This document shows, piece by piece, positions 27,785 through 31,871 of a stretch of 31,871 nt of DNA. The position numbers and the translations under genes are program-made. The DNA is from an uncultured Nitrospinaceae bacterium. GTDB taxonomy: Bacteria > UBA8248. The DNA lies in the NCBI GenBank assembly GCA_964005815.1, contig CAXFSR010000059.1:1-31871 (forward strand), written 5' to 3'. The notes beneath the pieces are model-generated. The model was not told the DNA's origin and did no database searches. It was given only the letters and a program-made list of their open reading frames with translations. Position 1 is the first letter of the stretch. Each line of letters starts with the position of its first letter.

Positions 27785-29362
27785 ATGGAATCAAAAATTA
27801 TAGTTAATGCTGAAAAATTTGAGACAAGAGTAGCTATTATGGAAAATGGCGTTCTAGCCGAATTTTTTGTCGAAAGAAAAGCTGAAAAAAGTATTGAAGG
27901 AAATATTTATAAAGGCATTATCAAAAAGGTATTGCCTGGAATGCAAGCTGCATTCGTAGATATCGGATTAAATAAAGCTGGATTTTTACATGCTAGTGAT
28001 ATCTGCCCTATTATTGAGTTGGAAAATAACAATAAAGAAGAATCAGAAGATTTTGATGAAAATGATTTCCTTGACCTTTATGGGAATGATGACGAATTTG
28101 ATGGTTACACTACGAGAAAAATGGAACCAAAATTTAAGAAAAAAAGAAAAAAGCAGAGTTCTAAAATTGAACATTTAATTAAAGAAGGACAGGAAATTCT
28201 AGTTCAAGTAAGCAGAGAACCTTTTGGCACTAAAGGACCTAGACTGACGAACTATATTTCCCTACCAGGCTATTATGTTGTTTTTATGCCTACAGTTAAT
28301 CAAGTTGGGATAAGCAGAAGAATAGAAAAAATCTCAGAACGTCAAAGACTAAGAAAACTCATAAAAGAAAATAAGAAGAAGGGTTCTGGTTATATCATAC
28401 GAACTGCGAGTGAAAATGTTTTAGAAGAAGACTTGCAAGCAAACATACAATTTCTGAACACGTTATGGGATAATATTTTATCTGAAAGCAGAGAAATTTC
28501 AGCGCCAGGATTAGTCCACGAAAACCTTTCTATTATTCAACGTACAATCAGAGATTTTTTTAACTCTCAAATCGACAACATGATTATAGATAGTGATTCG
28601 GACTATGAAGCATGCAAAGGGTTTCTCTCTAAATACTATCAACACTTATTGTCTAAATTAATTAAATATCAAAATGGAAAACCAATCTTTGATTTTTATG
28701 GCATAGAACATCAAGTAGACAGGATGTTGGACCAAAGAGTTTGGTTGAAAAGCGGAGGATTTCTGGTAATAGATCAAACAGAAGCTTTAACAACAATTGA
28801 TGTCAATACAGGCAGATTTGTAGGAAAACGCAATCCTGAAGAAACTATTATAAAAACTAACCTAGAGGCAGTTCATGAAGTTGTCGCTCAACTCCGCCTT
28901 AGGAATATAGGTGGCATCATTATTGTTGATTTTATAGACATGGAAAAAGAGAAGAACAAAAACAAAGTTTTCAATGCTTTCAATGAAGAATTAAAGAAAG
29001 ATCGTTCTAGAACTAGCATCTTAAAAATAAGCGATATTGGACTAGTTGAGATGACTAGAAAAAGAGTGCGAGACAACATACAAAAGACTCTTTGTGAGGG
29101 TTGTCCATATTGTGAAGGTAGAGGTCATGTGAAATCTAAGACTACCATTTGCTACGAAATTCTGAGAGACATAAAAAGAATAAATTACGGGAATTCAGAT
29201 ATTAAAACTATTAAATTGACCACACACCCAGATGTAGCTGGCCGATTACTGGAAGAAGACAAAGAACACCTAGATGATATAGAGAACAAACTTCAATTAG
29301 AACTTGTAATTAAGACTGACGATGAGTTACATTTGGAGGCTTATGAAATTGAGGCTTTGTAA
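27785..29362 (+). CDS. rng: Ribonuclease G / short Rne-Rng family
   Basis: GNIYKG, LPGMQAAFVDIG, TIDVNTG, RLRNIGGIIIVDFIDM, EMTRKR, CPYC Zn-link; no long C-terminal scaffold. Confidence 0.92.
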   Translation: MESKIIVNAEKFETRVAIMENGVLAEFFVERKAEKSIEGNIYKGIIKKVLPGMQAAFVDIGLNKAGFLHASDICPIIELENNNKEESEDFDENDFLDLYGNDDEFDGYTTRKMEPKFKKKRKKQSSKIEHLIKEGQEILVQVSREPFGTKGPRLTNYISLPGYYVVFMPTVNQVGISRRIEKISERQRLRKLIKENKKKGSGYIIRTASENVLEEDLQANIQFLNTLWDNILSESREISAPGLVHENLSIIQRTIRDFFNSQIDNMIIDSDSDYEACKGFLSKYYQHLLSKLIKYQNGKPIFDFYGIEHQVDRMLDQRVWLKSGGFLVIDQTEALTTIDVNTGRFVGKRNPEETIIKTNLEAVHEVVAQLRLRNIGGIIIVDFIDMEKEKNKNKVFNAFNEELKKDRSRTSILKISDIGLVEMTRKRVRDNIQKTLCEGCPYCEGRGHVKSKTTICYEILRDIKRINYGNSDIKTIKLTTHPDVAGRLLEEDKEHLDDIENKLQLELVIKTDDELHLEAYEIEAL

Positions 29363-29408
29363 TGTTTTAAACCCAAATTAAAAATGTTGGAAAATATATA
29401 AAGAAAAA

Positions 29409-31841
29409 ATGACCGATATTAAAAAAGAAAAGAAAAAACTACTTATTGTCGAATCCCCCACAAAAGTGAGGACACTCGAAAAGTTCTTATCCAAAGAATA
29501 TAAAGTTCTTGCCTCAAGAGGCCACTTAAGAGACCTTCTAAAAACAGGCGAGAGAAATATGGGTATCGACATTGAAAACGGATTTAAAGCACATTACGGA
29601 CCAATAGATTCTAAGAAAAAAACTATATCAGAACTTAAAAAAGCTGCTGCAACGGCTGATGAAATTTTTCTGGCAACTGATCCTGATCGTGAAGGAGAAG
29701 CAATAGCTTGGCATATCAGTCAATTAATAGAAAAGAAGAAAGAGCAAAGACCTATTTACAGAATCTCATTTAACGAAATAACAAAAAACGCCGTTCTTAA
29801 TTCATTATCTACTCCAGGAGAAATTGACAAGAAAAAAGTAGACGCACAAGAAACAAGAAGAAAACTTGATAGAATAGTCGGGTTCAAACTATCAGGAGAA
29901 ATACTCTGGTCATTAGTTGCTTTTGGTCTAAGTGCCGGAAGAGTTCAATCAGTTGCCTTAAAACTCATTTGCGAACGTGAAAAAGAAAGAAACGAATTTC
30001 AATCTTTAGAATATTGGGAAATAATTACACTCTTAGAAAAATTAGGCCAATCAATTCCATTCAAAGCAAAACTGCATAAGATTTCAGGAGAACTAGTAGA
30101 ACAAAAGAAAAAGAATAAATTTTTAATAACCAGCAAAGAAGAATCTAATAAATTCAGAGAAATAATAGAAAATGCCAACCTAAAAATAGAAAAAGTAGAA
30201 AAAAAAGAGAGGAGATCTCAACCCTCCCCTCCATTCATTACAAGTACCCTACAAAGAGAAGTCTCTACAAAACTTAGATTCTCTGCAAAACGCACCATGT
30301 CTGTTGCACAAAAGCTCTACGAAGGAATAAATCTAGGAAAAGAATTTGGAACTGTAGGTTTAATCACATACATGAGAACAGATTCTGTGAGAATTGCACC
30401 TGAAGCAATAGTTTCGGCTAGATCTTTTATTCAAAATGAATTTGGCCGAGAATTTTTGCCTGACAATCCTAATGTCTACAAGACAAAACAATCTGCGCAA
30501 GATGCTCACGAATCGATAAGACCTACAAATGTCGATTTAACACCACTAAAACTAGAAACTCTAATGAAAAAAGATGAATTCGCAGTTTATGAACTTATCT
30601 GGAAACGTTTTCTTGCTTCGCAAATGACAAAAGCAATCTACGATCAAACTGTTGTAGATATAAAAGCAGACGATTTAACTCTTAGAGCAAGCGGATCAGT
30701 TATGAAATTTGCAGGGTTCATGAAATTATACGAAAATGAAAAACGTGACCAAGAAGAAAATATGAAGGAAGAAAAAGATCGATTGCTACCCGAACTTTTA
30801 GAGGGCGATAAGATATCAATTTTAAATACAGAAGAAAGTTCAGAACCTATCGAACAAAAACAGCACTTCACCCAACCTCCTGCTAGATATTCTGACGCTT
30901 CTTTAGTTAAAAAACTTGAAGATGAGGGTATTGGAAGACCAAGTACCTATGCATCTTTTTTTGATAAATTGGAATCTAGAAAATACGTATCTGTTCCAAA
31001 AGGGAAACGTCAATTTGAACCAACCGTTTTAGGAATGGAAGTAAACAAATTGCTCCTTGAAGGATTTCCAAAACTGATAGATGTTAACTTCACGGGGAAG
31101 CTTGAAACAGATTTAGATAATATTGAGAGTGGAACACAAGACTGGCTTTCAATTCTCCAAAATTTTTACAAAGATTTTGATAACGATGTTCAAGAAGCAA
31201 AAACAAACCTTCCTAACCTTAAAAAAATCTCTAAATCAACAGGAAGAACCTGTCCAGAATGCAATGAAAATGAACTTGTTGAAAAGTTTGGCAGAAATGG
31301 TTGGTTTATTGCGTGTTCTTCTTATCCTAAATGTAAACATAGCGAAGACTTAAACGTAACTGAAGATTCTGAAGAAACGAAGCAATTCATTGCTGAATTA
31401 GAAGAAAAGGCACCTCCTTGTTCACTTTGTGGTTCTCCAATGAAGTGCAATAAAGGGAGGTTTGGATTTTATCTTTCTTGTTCTGACAATCCTAAAGAAC
31501 ATCCAAAATTGAGCGTTAAAGAAAATGGGGATATTTCTACACCCCCTGTTACTTTAGGAATCTCCTGTGGTTCCAATGGTTGTGAAGGAGAACTAGTCGA
31601 GAGAAAAAACAATAGACGAGGAAACCTTTTCTACGGTTGCTCTAAATTCCCAAAATGCAGATATATTTTGCCAACACCACCCATCAAATCATCTTGCCCT
31701 AAATGTAGTTTTCCACATTTAACAAAGATAGAAGACAAAGAGGGAAAAGAGATTTTGAGTTGTCCATCGAAAGAGTGTGACTACTCATCTAACGAGACAG
31801 AGGACATACCTATAGATACTGCCCAAACTGCTAAAACTTAA
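29409..31841 (+). CDS. topA: DNA topoisomerase I (type IA) with four C-terminal Zn ribbons
   Basis: IVESPTK, ATDPDREGE, SAGRVQS, LITYMRTDS (catalytic Tyr), QDAHE, GIGRPSTY. Confidence 0.98.
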   Translation: MTDIKKEKKKLLIVESPTKVRTLEKFLSKEYKVLASRGHLRDLLKTGERNMGIDIENGFKAHYGPIDSKKKTISELKKAAATADEIFLATDPDREGEAIAWHISQLIEKKKEQRPIYRISFNEITKNAVLNSLSTPGEIDKKKVDAQETRRKLDRIVGFKLSGEILWSLVAFGLSAGRVQSVALKLICEREKERNEFQSLEYWEIITLLEKLGQSIPFKAKLHKISGELVEQKKKNKFLITSKEESNKFREIIENANLKIEKVEKKERRSQPSPPFITSTLQREVSTKLRFSAKRTMSVAQKLYEGINLGKEFGTVGLITYMRTDSVRIAPEAIVSARSFIQNEFGREFLPDNPNVYKTKQSAQDAHESIRPTNVDLTPLKLETLMKKDEFAVYELIWKRFLASQMTKAIYDQTVVDIKADDLTLRASGSVMKFAGFMKLYENEKRDQEENMKEEKDRLLPELLEGDKISILNTEESSEPIEQKQHFTQPPARYSDASLVKKLEDEGIGRPSTYASFFDKLESRKYVSVPKGKRQFEPTVLGMEVNKLLLEGFPKLIDVNFTGKLETDLDNIESGTQDWLSILQNFYKDFDNDVQEAKTNLPNLKKISKSTGRTCPECNENELVEKFGRNGWFIACSSYPKCKHSEDLNVTEDSEETKQFIAELEEKAPPCSLCGSPMKCNKGRFGFYLSCSDNPKEHPKLSVKENGDISTPPVTLGISCGSNGCEGELVERKNNRRGNLFYGCSKFPKCRYILPTPPIKSSCPKCSFPHLTKIEDKEGKEILSCPSKECDYSSNETEDIPIDTAQTAKT

Positions 31842-31842
31842 G

Positions 31843-31871
31843 ATGTCTAAAAATCCCAAAACAAATCATGA
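31843..31871 (+). CDS. Possible start of the next gene (MSKNPKTNH...), truncated by the window end
   Basis: ATG 1 nt after the topA stop, open to the edge; too short to identify. Confidence 0.3.

Overview
AT-rich bacterial chromosomal window with three blocks. (1) 1-14492 is a surface-polysaccharide (O-antigen/capsule/EPS-like) locus. It contains a divergent partial methyltransferase-like/APH-kinase-like fusion absent from the ORF track, a Wzx-type flippase, a Gfo/Idh/MocA dehydrogenase, a DegT aminotransferase with a degenerate PIN-like N-terminal domain, an N-formyltransferase, a His-rich beta-propeller, two glycosyltransferases, an NTase-thymidylate-kinase-like fusion, an AsnB-type amidotransferase and an NDP-sugar epimerase. 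(2) 14495-20197 is a minus-strand cysteine operon: cysK, a ubiquitin-like sulfur carrier ending GG-F, cysM, a JAMM protease, an Rrf2/CymR-like regulator and an oxidoreductase. A candidate Rrf2 operator overlaps its promoter. It is followed by divergent thiD and an orphan AbrB-fold gene. (3) 20222-31871 is housekeeping: ppiD/SurA-like, mreBCD-mrdA-rodA, RNase G/E and topA. I saw no rRNA, tRNA, CRISPR array or mobile element. MreB sequence style and gene order suggest a Nitrospinota/deltaproteobacteria-like lineage (inference only). All calls come from manual motif reading; no searches were run.
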